A DNA stretch of 64,000 nt from an uncultured Spirochaetota bacterium (lineage in GTDB: Bacteria; Spirochaetota; Brevinematia; Brevinematales; JAOACQ01). Below the pieces are notes generated by a model, which saw only the letters and a program-made list of their open reading frames with translations, ran no database searches and was not told the DNA's origin. The stretch is from contig CAWAOD010000011.1 in NCBI GenBank assembly GCA_963783575.1, positions 32,001 through 96,000 of the forward strand, read 5' to 3'. The first letter of the stretch is position 1, and each line of letters opens with the position of its first letter. The position numbers and the translations under genes were made by a program. This document shows positions 54,805-64,000 of the stretch, one piece after another.

Positions 54805-55239
54805 ATGAAAGATAAAAATTCGAATGGTTTTTTATCCGCTGTTCCGTTTGTATTTTTCCTCGCCATCTCGCTTTTAGGCTGCGCGGGTGAAAATAAAAAG
54901 CTGACAAAAGCTGAAATAAGCTCTCTTGTTCCTTCAGGCCAGGTTGAAAACGGAGTACGGATAATAAAGGTCAAGGCTGTTATGTATGAATTCACCCCCA
55001 ATCCTATTGTCGTTAAAAGCGGAGAACAGGTGCAATTAGAGGTTACCAGCCAGGATACGACTCATGGGATCAACATTCCCGCTTATAAGATTGACTGCAG
55101 GCTTGAACCCGGGAAAACCGAAGTAATAACTTTTAAGGCTCAGGAGGAAGGGAGAATTCCTTTCCGCTGCTCTGTTTTTTGCGGGACAGGCCACTTTGGG
55201 ATGCACGGGGATTTAGTTGTTTTACCTGCGGATCAATAA
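54805..55239 (+). CDS. cupredoxin lipoprotein with a CuA-type motif
   Basis: lipobox LLGC; DTTHG and CSVFCGTGHFGM. Confidence 0.85.
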   Translation: MKDKNSNGFLSAVPFVFFLAISLLGCAGENKKLTKAEISSLVPSGQVENGVRIIKVKAVMYEFTPNPIVVKSGEQVQLEVTSQDTTHGINIPAYKIDCRLEPGKTEVITFKAQEEGRIPFRCSVFCGTGHFGMHGDLVVLPADQ

Positions 55240-55335
55240 TAATAAAACCTATTTTGAAATTTAATGATTTGCTTTGCCAGTCAGGGATCTTGAAGTCTTA
55301 AATTATTCGTTACAAGCCGAGGCGAGCGTGATGAC

Positions 55336-56047
55336 GATCGCCTCGATACAATTTTTGCTGATGCAAAAATCACTCGGCGACCGAAGCATGTTTTATACGA
55401 TTCAATAATAATAAGTTGACTTGTTTTACCATAAGTATTATAATTTCCCAGCACGAGACATAATCTTTTAGGTAATTTTCTGCGGTAATGCGTATATATG
55501 GGCGATAGCGAAGGCTGTCGCCTTTTTTTGTGGGAAGACTTCGAAACCGCTTGGTAATTATAAAAAATAAGGAAATATTGCAATGCCCTATATGTATATC
55601 ATTGAATGCTCGGATCAAAGTTATTATACCGGAAGCACATGGCATCTGGAACAACGGATTGAGGAGCATAATGCCGGATTGGGAGCGAATTATACTAGAA
55701 AGCGGCTGCCTGTCAAACTGGTTTATTATGAGGAATACAACCGTATTGATGATGCTTATAAGAGGGAAAAGCAGGTACAAAATTGGGGACATGTAAAGAA
55801 AAAAGCATTGATAGAAGGTAATAAACTTAAATTATCTGAATCAGCAAAAAAGTATTTGAAAAGCCTTCTTCGCTCCCCGAGTGATCGTGATAGCGATTGT
55901 ATCGAGGGGAGTGTCATAGTGATCGCCTCGATACAATTTTTGCTTCGCAAAAATCACTCGGCGACCGAAGCCACTTTTATACAATTCAATAATAATAAGT
56001 TGACTTGTTTGAATATAAGTATTATGATTTTCCCGGCATATGACATA
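55336..56047 (+). repeat. 127-bp direct repeats (55336-55462 and 55921-56047) flanking the GIY-YIG gene
   Basis: both copies read gatcgcctcgatacaatttttgct...gcaaaaatcactcggcgaccgaagc...ttcaataataataagttgacttgttt...gacata. Confidence 0.9.
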
Positions 56048-56056
56048 CACTTGTAA
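55583..56056 (+). CDS. stand-alone GIY-YIG nuclease (UPF0213-like); the ORF tail runs into the repeat
   Basis: YMYIIECSDQSYYTGST...RIEEHN.G.GANYTRKRLPVKLVYYE...REKQVQ.W...KKKALI. Confidence 0.9.
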   Translation: MPYMYIIECSDQSYYTGSTWHLEQRIEEHNAGLGANYTRKRLPVKLVYYEEYNRIDDAYKREKQVQNWGHVKKKALIEGNKLKLSESAKKYLKSLLRSPSDRDSDCIEGSVIVIASIQFLLRKNHSATEATFIQFNNNKLTCLNISIMIFPAYDIHL

Positions 56057-56095
56057 TACTGTTTACTGTGGTTATACCTATATTATTAAATAAAA

Positions 56096-58295
56096 TTGGA
56101 TATAAATATGCAAAAGCTTTCGAAAATTAACAAAAACAAAAAAAAGAAAAAATATACGTTTGTTAAAGATATAAAGTCTTGGATTATTAGTTTATTTACT
56201 GAAAATAAAATTAAAACTATTTTTGCAAATATAATTTTCTTTATAATAATACTTTGCATAATTATTATAACTCTTAATAATATAAAAAAAGATTTATTAC
56301 TATTTGAGAGATTTGAAATAGTTGATAGTTTGGAAAAAAAGGGATAACTCAAAAGTTTTAACCCGGAAAATATTTGACAAACTTATCGAATTAAATGAAA
56401 CTGCTAAGTTTTATACTAATTCAATGTTTTTTAATGTTTTCCAGGTAAACAATCATAATAACAAATTAACAAAATCTTTTGATATAAATGACCAAAAATT
56501 TCAAATGAATCCATCTGATTTATCAATAAATTATGGTTTACCAGAGTTTTCATTATCTATTAATGATTTGTATAGTCTAATTAGTGATATTTTAGGACTC
56601 TATAAAATTAAAATTGGTGGAGAAATTGTAGAAAATAATAAATCCTATGAATTAAAATTAAGAATATCTACAAAAAAAAGAATTTATGAAGAAATAATTT
56701 TTCGAGATAATATTGAAGAACTGATATCAAATGCGGCAGAAAAAATTTATAATTATAGTTATCCTTATGATTATGCTCTATATTTATTTCATAAAACACC
56801 ACCTGATACTAATATTCAGGAAATAATTGAATTTTCTAATACTATCCAAAATGGTATTCAATATGAGGACAAACCATACAAAATTTATAATTTATTAGGT
56901 TGTATAAAAATTTTTTATGCTACAAAAAAATATTTAACCAATGATTATGATTTATTTAAACAAAAAATTCTGGAATCTATAGAAGATTTTAAAAAGTCTT
57001 ATAATCTAAATAATAATAATTATGATAATTTAATGAATCTCGGCCTGATATATTATTTTTACTTACATGATAATAAAAATGGAACCTACTATTTTAATAA
57101 AGCAATAAAAATTAAACAGGATTTATTTACTTTATTTTACTGGGGCTCATCATATTTAATGCAAACAGACAATATAAAACCAGTAATTAAAAAAGCTGAA
57201 AAATTAGCCAATAAAGATAAATCTATTAATCTTTATTTAGGTTTGCTTTATCTTTATGAAAATCAATATTATAAATCAATTCAATCTTTTTCAAATTTAT
57301 TAATAGATAATCCCTCAAATGATAATGGATACAATGGCATTGGAATGAACTATATGGTTCAAACAAATTATAAAGAGTCCAGAAATTATTTTTATAAAGC
57401 TTTGAAACTTAGCCCTTCAAATCAAAACACGTTAAATAATATTTCTTTATCTTATTTATGTGAAACAAATATCAAAGCCGCAAGCTCAAATTATTTATTG
57501 ATGCTTAAATATGATTCAAACTCATTTTTAGCTTATTATGGACTTGGCTATGTAAAATATAAAGAGAAAAATTATTATTCCAGTTTAACATACTTGGAAA
57601 AAGCATTATTCATATCTCCTTTCAGTGAACAAGTTTATTACTCTATGGGAAGTAATTATAAAGAATTACAAAATACTAATAAGGCAATAGGATACTATAA
57701 AAAAGCATTAAAAATTAATCCTTTTTTATTAGAAGCTTATAGTAATCTAAATATGATATATGAAAATAATAAAGATGATTCAAATTTAATTCTTTTAAGA
57801 GAAAACTTTTTAAGTAATAATTTTGATATTTCCATAGCTAATAAATTGATTATCCAGTATTATAATTTAAAAAATTATGATGATGCTATCTTATACTCAA
57901 AAAAAATTATCGAAAAAGATCCTACTAATGAACTTGCGTATCTTAATTTAACTATTAATTATGATGGTAAGAATGATCTTACTAATGCATTGTTATCTAT
58001 AAATAAACTAATATTAATGAACAACACAACTAACAATAATTCTCTTTTTAATCATTCTGTCAAAGGACGCATACTATCAAAAATGGAAAAACATAAAGAA
58101 GCAATAAAAGAATTGGATTTCGTTACTATAAATGATACAAATGATATTTTAAGTCTGTTTATACAAGCAGAAGAAGCATTCATATATTTAAGTAATAAAA
58201 ACTTAGTTTATAAATATACAGATAAAATATTAAAAATGTCACCAACAAATAAAAAAGCATTATTATTAAGAAAAGAAGCTGAAAAGTTTAAATAA
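56096..58295 (+). CDS. membrane-anchored TPR-repeat protein; frameshift near 56340
   Basis: TM segment in 56096-56347; many TPR-like repeats in 56322-58295; very AT-rich. Confidence 0.7.
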
Positions 58296-58835
58296 ATGAA
58301 CAATGATAATAATCAACTAATTAAGGTAAATGGTAAAAAGATGTACCTAAAATGGTTATTCTTTTTGTTAAGTTTAATAATACTCTGCATCATTGCTTTT
58401 ATACTATGTCATGAAAAAGGATTTGCAATATCAGGTTTATTAATTGGTTTTTTTGGTTTTGGAGCTACTATTTATACGCTTCAAAAAGGAAATATTATTC
58501 GAGAATCTGAATTTATTGAAAGACTTTGCGGTGTCTTTGAAAGACCTAATATCAGCAAGCTCTATTATAAAATTGAATATAACCATCTTGACCCTATTTT
58601 AGATGAATCCGAGGATGAAAAAGATTTAGATGAATTGATTAGTTTTTTTGATAGTATGGAGTATTATCACAGGAAAAAAATAATCTCTGATGATGAAGTG
58701 GAATTTGTCGCTGTTGAATTGTTGACAGTTTATGAGAATAAAGTTGTTCGTCAATATATAAAGAAAGTTCAAAAATATTTTAAAAAATATCAACATGAAA
58801 ATTATCCCATCAACTGGTTTTCAAGATTTAGCTGA
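58296..58835 (+). CDS. hypothetical membrane protein
   Basis: two N-terminal hydrophobic helices; abuts the TPR gene stop. Confidence 0.55.
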   Translation: MNNDNNQLIKVNGKKMYLKWLFFLLSLIILCIIAFILCHEKGFAISGLLIGFFGFGATIYTLQKGNIIRESEFIERLCGVFERPNISKLYYKIEYNHLDPILDESEDEKDLDELISFFDSMEYYHRKKIISDDEVEFVAVELLTVYENKVVRQYIKKVQKYFKKYQHENYPINWFSRFS

Positions 58836-58989
58836 AAAACTAATAAAAAAACCAAAATTCAATATTTATAAAAAGAAATAATAACCTTTAACTCTTTACT
58901 CTCAAAACCATCTGCTATGTCATTTTTCCACAACATCACTCACTTCAATTTTCTTACTCAATCCATCCCCCTTTCATTATATATTATTA

Positions 58990-59670
58990 ACCGGCACAAA
59001 AAGTTCAGAATTTTGCCGACAGAGGCTCAAATGATTTTTAGTTCCGTTAACTGGCCGGCAATGGTGTCTGCCTGGTTCTGAATATTGCCGTCGATTCAAT
59101 CTGGTACTGGCCAAATATTTTTTTCCGTCCCCGTCCCCCGGAGTATGAACGCCATCCCTGTGCGACATCGCTGCCGAACTAGCGTTCGGCTACTTTTAAC
59201 TATTGGAAGAATGTTATGGAGCATCCTGCTCCAATTGATTATTTGATTTGTTGGTTTATACCAGTGATTCTCTTTCCTGTAGCTTTTTCCAATAATCTTT
59301 AGCATAATAAAATAAGCTTGCTTAAACGCACCCCGCAGCATTAGCACCATTTCTGATTGAGCCTTAGTATGGTTAAAAGAGAATTCGGATTAATAACTGT
59401 TGTTATTCATGTCAAATAAAATAATAAATGTATAACTTATCTCACGGCAGGGATGCCGTGACCGACGCATAAAGCCAGGGACGGCGACATAAGGAGGCTA
59501 TTATAATAAGATTTCTTTAATTCAAAAACTTGAATAACAACACCTCGGAATGATCAGATTGCTTCACAAGAAATGGCGCTAATGTGAAGGGGCGATTTTT
59601 CTTTTCGATTCCTTTTCTTTTGATCGTTCAAAAGAAAAGGAATAAAGCCTATTACCGCGGCTTTGCGGTT
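58990..59670. repeat. structured intergenic repeat, copy 3
   Basis: IR 59331-59354 / 59569-59592, inner IR 59398-59409 / 59531-59542; motifs shared with copies 1 and 2. Confidence 0.65.
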
Positions 59671-59757
59671 CTTTATTTTAGGATAAAATCCCTATTGTTA
59701 TTTATGGATAAATATTATAAAATATAGTGTTAAGTTAATCGTGTTCAGAGGATTTTT

Positions 59758-60102
59758 ATGAATTATACCAGAAAAAGCCTTGCAAATAAGTTGAATATCG
59801 GGATAGAAACATTGCGGTATTATGAAAAAATGGAATTAATACCGGCCCCTCAAAGAGCGGCTAATGGCTACCGGATTTATACCGAGGATGATGCTTCTAA
59901 AATCAATCATCTTTTAGCGGCAAAAAAATATGGATTTTCATTAAAAGAAATTAAGGCAATGATAGATAAGGCGGAAAATTCCGAATTGCAAAATGAAGAT
60001 TTTGAGCTTTTATTCCGCAACAAAATCAATGATATAGATAGTCAGATCAGCGAATTGAACAATCTCAAAAAACTTCTTCTGAATTTTATTCAACCCAAAT
60101 GA
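59758..60102 (+). CDS. MerR family transcriptional regulator
   Basis: ETLRYYEKMELIP...NGYRIY...GFSLKEI. Confidence 0.92.
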   Translation: MNYTRKSLANKLNIGIETLRYYEKMELIPAPQRAANGYRIYTEDDASKINHLLAAKKYGFSLKEIKAMIDKAENSELQNEDFELLFRNKINDIDSQISELNNLKKLLLNFIQPK

Positions 60103-60298
60103 GTAATAAGATTTTTTACTAAACTATGCGATTCTTTATACTTTTTTTATGAAGAGGTCATCTCGGTAGTGCTGTAAAGCAAGTAGCGGTGAACTCGATG
60201 ACCGTTCCCCGAGTCCACTGCTTCTTCATTTTACAGCACTACGAGGGGAACATTTTAAGATCTGTTCAATTTAATTAACCATTCTTTTAAAAAAAAGC

Positions 60299-60330
60299 TT
60301 GACACTGTTCTATACTACAGGGTGTATAAT
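60299..60330 (+). promoter_or_regulatory. MerR-type long-spacer promoter
   Basis: TTGACA-20 nt-TATAAT with a ctgt...acag dyad in the spacer, downstream of merR. Confidence 0.7.
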
Positions 60331-60349
60331 GAATATCGGAGGATATTTT

Positions 60350-61264
60350 ATGATCAATAACAACGGACAAAACAATCCGGACGGTTCATTACCCGTTTAT
60401 ACCCTCACAGGCGCGGGCGGCCATCTCGGCGGGCTGGTTCTTAATTATTTGCTGGATCAGGTTCCGGCTAAACAAATTATCGCGGCAACACGGTGCCCTG
60501 AGCTATTGGCCGATTTTACGGCTCAAGGTGTTGCCGTACGAAGGGCGGATTTTAACGATCCGTCATCATTGCCGGAAGCGTTTTCAGGCGCGGCAAGACT
60601 GCTTATTATCAGCACAAATGAATATCCTATGGAAAAACGCTCCGCTCAGGATAGGGCGGCGATATCAGCTGCTGTCAAAGCCGGGATAAGGCATATCACG
60701 ATTACTTCTTTTTCCCTGTCGAAGGCGGCGGATGAAGATGATGAAAATCCCTGGCTGCGGGGCCGCCGGCAAACCATGGAAACGCTTGCGGGGTCCGGCG
60801 CGGAATGGACTGTGCTTAATATGAATATCTGGATGGCCGGAGTACCGTACTTTCTTAACGCTTTGCGCATTGGAGAACAGGTACTTGTTCAGGAAGGTTC
60901 GGGCAAACCTTGCTGGATTACTCATGAAGATTATGCCAGTACGGCGGTATCCGTACTGACCGGTAAGGCTTTGTTCAGCGGCGCTGTGGATGTAACCGGC
61001 CCGGAATCTCTCGGTATTGACGATATAGCCCGCCGCTGGTCAGACCTTCATAGCCGCAAGCTTGAGGTTCAAATCCTGCCCGGCAGGGAAGTGATTGAAA
61101 GATTGGCTTCGAACGGTATGCTTTTGGAATCGGCGCATGGAATTGCTAGTTACTGCGAAATGTTTCGGTTATTTGACGTGAGGGTTTCAGATACTGTGGA
61201 GCGTGCGACTGGAACTCCCCCGTCCACGGTGGACAGGCTGCTTCAAGCACTTAGCATTGATTGA
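60350..61264 (+). CDS. NmrA-like NAD(P)-binding oxidoreductase
   Basis: LTGAGGHLG, VRRADFNDP, TGPESL; ATG at 60350 after ggagg. Confidence 0.85.
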   Translation: MINNNGQNNPDGSLPVYTLTGAGGHLGGLVLNYLLDQVPAKQIIAATRCPELLADFTAQGVAVRRADFNDPSSLPEAFSGAARLLIISTNEYPMEKRSAQDRAAISAAVKAGIRHITITSFSLSKAADEDDENPWLRGRRQTMETLAGSGAEWTVLNMNIWMAGVPYFLNALRIGEQVLVQEGSGKPCWITHEDYASTAVSVLTGKALFSGAVDVTGPESLGIDDIARRWSDLHSRKLEVQILPGREVIERLASNGMLLESAHGIASYCEMFRLFDVRVSDTVERATGTPPSTVDRLLQALSID

Positions 61265-61295
61265 GATTTATTGATAAATATCCGGAGGATTAAAA

Positions 61296-62150
61296 ATGTT
61301 TTACTTGAGGTATATTGTTATAGTAATTCTATTCATGGCGCTTTCAGTTGGGGTGGTTTTTACTATGGGTAGTAAGCAGCTTGTGCCTATGAAAACTTAT
61401 TCAGTAATAGGCATCCCCGATGGAGAGTTTCTTCATTACGGTATTTATATCGGTGATGAAAAAAGTTCTGATCTTTATATGGTTGCGAAAAAGGTTACGG
61501 ATGGAAACGGAAAGTTGTTTTACCTTGTTTATTCCGATGAGATTACAGTTTCGGGCGAAAAAAAGCTGCCGGAAAATTACTCAAATTGGCCGTCATTTTA
61601 TCTGGTAGACCCAGCCCGGGGTTCATTAATCGAAGCGAAAGTCAGCTACAGCACCAATGATTTTCAGGGTAATTCCCCGGACGATCTTAAGGGCATGATA
61701 TACTCTCACTATCAATTGTACCTGAACGAGGGCTATGTGGAATACAGGTCAAAAAAGGTTAAGGATAATAAAACAAATGAATATAAAAACAGGGTGAGGA
61801 TAAATCCTGATTTTCCTTCCTGGGACGGGAATTCGGCGGGTTATTTATCCATGCGGTTTATGGATGTAAGCAGCCCGGGAATTATGTATATAATCAGCCC
61901 GGGAGGCTTGAAAGATCCCATTCCTTTTACTTACAGGTATGTAGCAAAGGAAACTATGTTAACAAAAGTTGGAAAATTCCGTGTTAACAGGGCAAAAACC
62001 GTTCTGGGCGATCCTTTCCTCGGTAAGCTTATGGAACCTATATTGAAGAAAGCCGATTTATGGTTTGAGGATTCGGACAGGAGGCTTTTAGTAAAAGTCG
62101 ACGGCTTTGGACAGGTGCTGGTACTTGAGGAGATTTCTAATGTTAAATAA
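61296..62150 (+). CDS. hypothetical exported protein
   Basis: ggagg RBS, N-terminal hydrophobic segment, 284-aa ORF. Confidence 0.6.
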   Translation: MFYLRYIVIVILFMALSVGVVFTMGSKQLVPMKTYSVIGIPDGEFLHYGIYIGDEKSSDLYMVAKKVTDGNGKLFYLVYSDEITVSGEKKLPENYSNWPSFYLVDPARGSLIEAKVSYSTNDFQGNSPDDLKGMIYSHYQLYLNEGYVEYRSKKVKDNKTNEYKNRVRINPDFPSWDGNSAGYLSMRFMDVSSPGIMYIISPGGLKDPIPFTYRYVAKETMLTKVGKFRVNRAKTVLGDPFLGKLMEPILKKADLWFEDSDRRLLVKVDGFGQVLVLEEISNVK

Positions 62151-62181
62151 AAAAGGAAAGTTTCGAGTGGAGTCTTATGTA

Positions 62182-63465
62182 TTAGCTCTCTTCCTGCATC
62201 TCGGGGAAAACCCTTTCAAGCGCGTCTTTTATCGATATTATTCCTTTGATCGAGCCCGATTTATCGACGACCGGAACTACGGTGAAATCGTATTTGAAAA
62301 AGATCTGGGCTACTCTCCTTACTTTTTCATGGATGTTGACTTTAACTATATTTTCTCTCATTATATCTGATATAACGGTTTCTGGCGCTGATGTCAAAAG
62401 GTCCCGTAAAGTTACGACGCCGGTTGGAATATCTTCGTCATCGACGGCATAGATATAATAGATCGATTCAACCTTACTGCATTCGGTTTTAATCAGATTG
62501 AGGGCTTCCTCAACCGGCTTGTGCTGGTTGATTGTTATGAACTCTGTGTTCATAAGGCTCCCTGCACCTCCTCCCGATTGGGCTAGAAGTTCCTCAATCT
62601 CAACAACTTTATCGAGCGGAATGAGCTGGAACAATTCCTCAAGTTTTTCATGCGGGATCTTGTCGAGAAGGTCGACAACTTCATCCATCTGCATCTCGTC
62701 AATGATTTTTACGATCCTTTCAAGGTCAAGATCTTCAAAAATCTGCACGCGCATTGAAAGCGGAAGTTCCTGGAGTGTTTTTGCCGCAGTAGGGTAGTCG
62801 AGCGACTGAAATAGCAAAAGCCTTTCATCATAGCCAAGGTCTTCAAGGATATCGGCAAGGTCGGCGGGATGTATTTCGGATAATCCCGAAGATGATATTT
62901 TCAAAGACAGCGATCCATGAACATTTGTAGTACTTACAGGTTGAGCATACTTCCAGGGTATGAAATTATCCCTTATTTCCCTTGACATAAGCCATTTGCA
63001 GATACCATTGAAGAATTTTAGCCATCCGAGCCTTCTTAATAGGCCCTTTACTCCGACATCAATATGGATCAGCCAGAGGTTATCATTTTCGAGAAAAAAA
63101 TGAAGATCGTTTACCCGAACTACTTTTAAACCTGATATGTCAACAATCTGTTTGTCAAAAAAGGTTTCTTTTATCATAATCTCGTTTTCGGACAAATTTT
63201 CGGGAATGCCTGATTCAAGCAATGTGTTTCTAAGGTAAATAGTACTGTTTTCGGGGCTGATCTTTTTAATGTTTCTCCAGGGGATATACATCTTTTTTCC
63301 CTGTTCATCATTTTTGCTGACCAATAAACCGGATACTTTCGGGTAAGCCTGCTGAAGGCTGGCAGAAACATCCGATACCCTGCCGATTTTTCTTCCGGTA
63401 TCGTCGTCTTTGACACTGAACCTGATCAAATATGAGAGATAAAGAGATTTCTTGTCGTAATCCAT
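62182..63465 (-). CDS. MgtE N-terminal/CBS domain protein without a membrane domain
   Basis: DKQIVDISGLKVVRVND, HPADLADILE, AGSLMNTEF, CBS pair. Confidence 0.85.
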   Translation of the reverse strand: MDYDKKSLYLSYLIRFSVKDDDTGRKIGRVSDVSASLQQAYPKVSGLLVSKNDEQGKKMYIPWRNIKKISPENSTIYLRNTLLESGIPENLSENEIMIKETFFDKQIVDISGLKVVRVNDLHFFLENDNLWLIHIDVGVKGLLRRLGWLKFFNGICKWLMSREIRDNFIPWKYAQPVSTTNVHGSLSLKISSSGLSEIHPADLADILEDLGYDERLLLFQSLDYPTAAKTLQELPLSMRVQIFEDLDLERIVKIIDEMQMDEVVDLLDKIPHEKLEELFQLIPLDKVVEIEELLAQSGGGAGSLMNTEFITINQHKPVEEALNLIKTECSKVESIYYIYAVDDEDIPTGVVTLRDLLTSAPETVISDIMRENIVKVNIHEKVRRVAQIFFKYDFTVVPVVDKSGSIKGIISIKDALERVFPEMQEES

Positions 63466-63498
63466 AAATTTTCCTTGAGTATGAAGGCGTAAACAGTA

Positions 63499-64000
63499 TT
63501 ATAAGGATAAAGCCCTGTTTAAGCGCTTTAATGTCCTTTCTTTGCCGATTACGGGGAGAAGAATGTAAATTTCCGGGCCGTTAAGACGCCCTGTTAAGGC
63601 CACCCTGAGCGGCATAAAAAAGTTCTTGCCTTTTATCCCTGTCTCCTTTATAATCCTTATGGCGATTTCACCGAAAATCCCTTCGTTAACCGGCCGGGTT
63701 TCTGACTTAACGGCTTCTCCGAATTTACCGATAACTATTTTTGATTCTTCTTTCCGAAGGTATTTCAAGCCTTCAGGATCGATTTCATAATCGTCGGTTA
63801 AAAAATAACCGATATGATTTTTTATCTCTGAAAGATGCGAACAGTAACCTTTAGTTAATTCAACAACACCTTTTAAAAACCTGATGTTTTCTTCCCGTTT
63901 CAGATAATCTTCGCCGATCAATCCGGTTTCTTTAATGAAAGGAAGCGCAAGTTCGAATATCTTATTCTTATCCTCATTTATTATATAATGCTTGGCTATC
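63499..64000 (-). CDS. gltX: glutamyl-tRNA synthetase, C-terminal anticodon-binding part (runs off the window)
   Basis: [17 protein letters not shown]...GPE...[10 protein letters not shown]. Confidence 0.8.
   Translation of the reverse strand, partial: IAKHYIINEDKNKIFELALPFIKETGLIGEDYLKREENIRFLKGVVELTKGYCSHLSEIKNHIGYFLTDDYEIDPEGLKYLRKEESKIVIGKFGEAVKSETRPVNEGIFGEIAIRIIKETGIKGKNFFMPLRVALTGRLNGPEIYILLPVIGKERTLKRLNRALSL

Noticed and set aside
62182..63465. Truncated mgtE pseudogene
   Set aside because: The ORF is clean, and soluble MgtE-N/CBS proteins without a membrane domain are a known family.

Overview
The left ~37 kb is an accessory region that ends at the 3' end of rlmD. It holds the terminal module of a trans-AT polyketide synthase with a reductive release domain, an orphan damaged hsdM and two MITE-like remnants. 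It also holds a fully delimited Tn3-family transposon (8353-15266; 38-bp IRs, AGAAT TSD) with a tyrosine recombinase and ArsR/DsrE/TauE cargo. A fully delimited 21.3-kb Tn7-like element (15897-37221; GTACT TSD; tnsABCD plus a tnsE-like gene) is inserted in the last codons of rlmD. It contains five extra internal Tn7-type ends, four Ser-linker surface lipoprotein genes and a candidate defence operon (Vsr, C5 DNA methyltransferase, ParB-like protein, SNF2 ATPase, DUF3883-like nuclease). The right ~27 kb is more chromosomal: rlmD, two CNNM/hemolysin genes, a DegT aminotransferase, three DHFR-like genes around a Tet(L)-like MFS, BlaI/BlaR1, RND plus TolC, a cupredoxin, GIY-YIG, TPR, MerR/NmrA, an MgtE-like protein and partial gltX. 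Three related structured intergenic repeats also lie there. Many ORFs are broken by indels or in-frame TAA codons, which could be decay, sequencing error or both. Product calls come from motif recognition by eye, not database searches.
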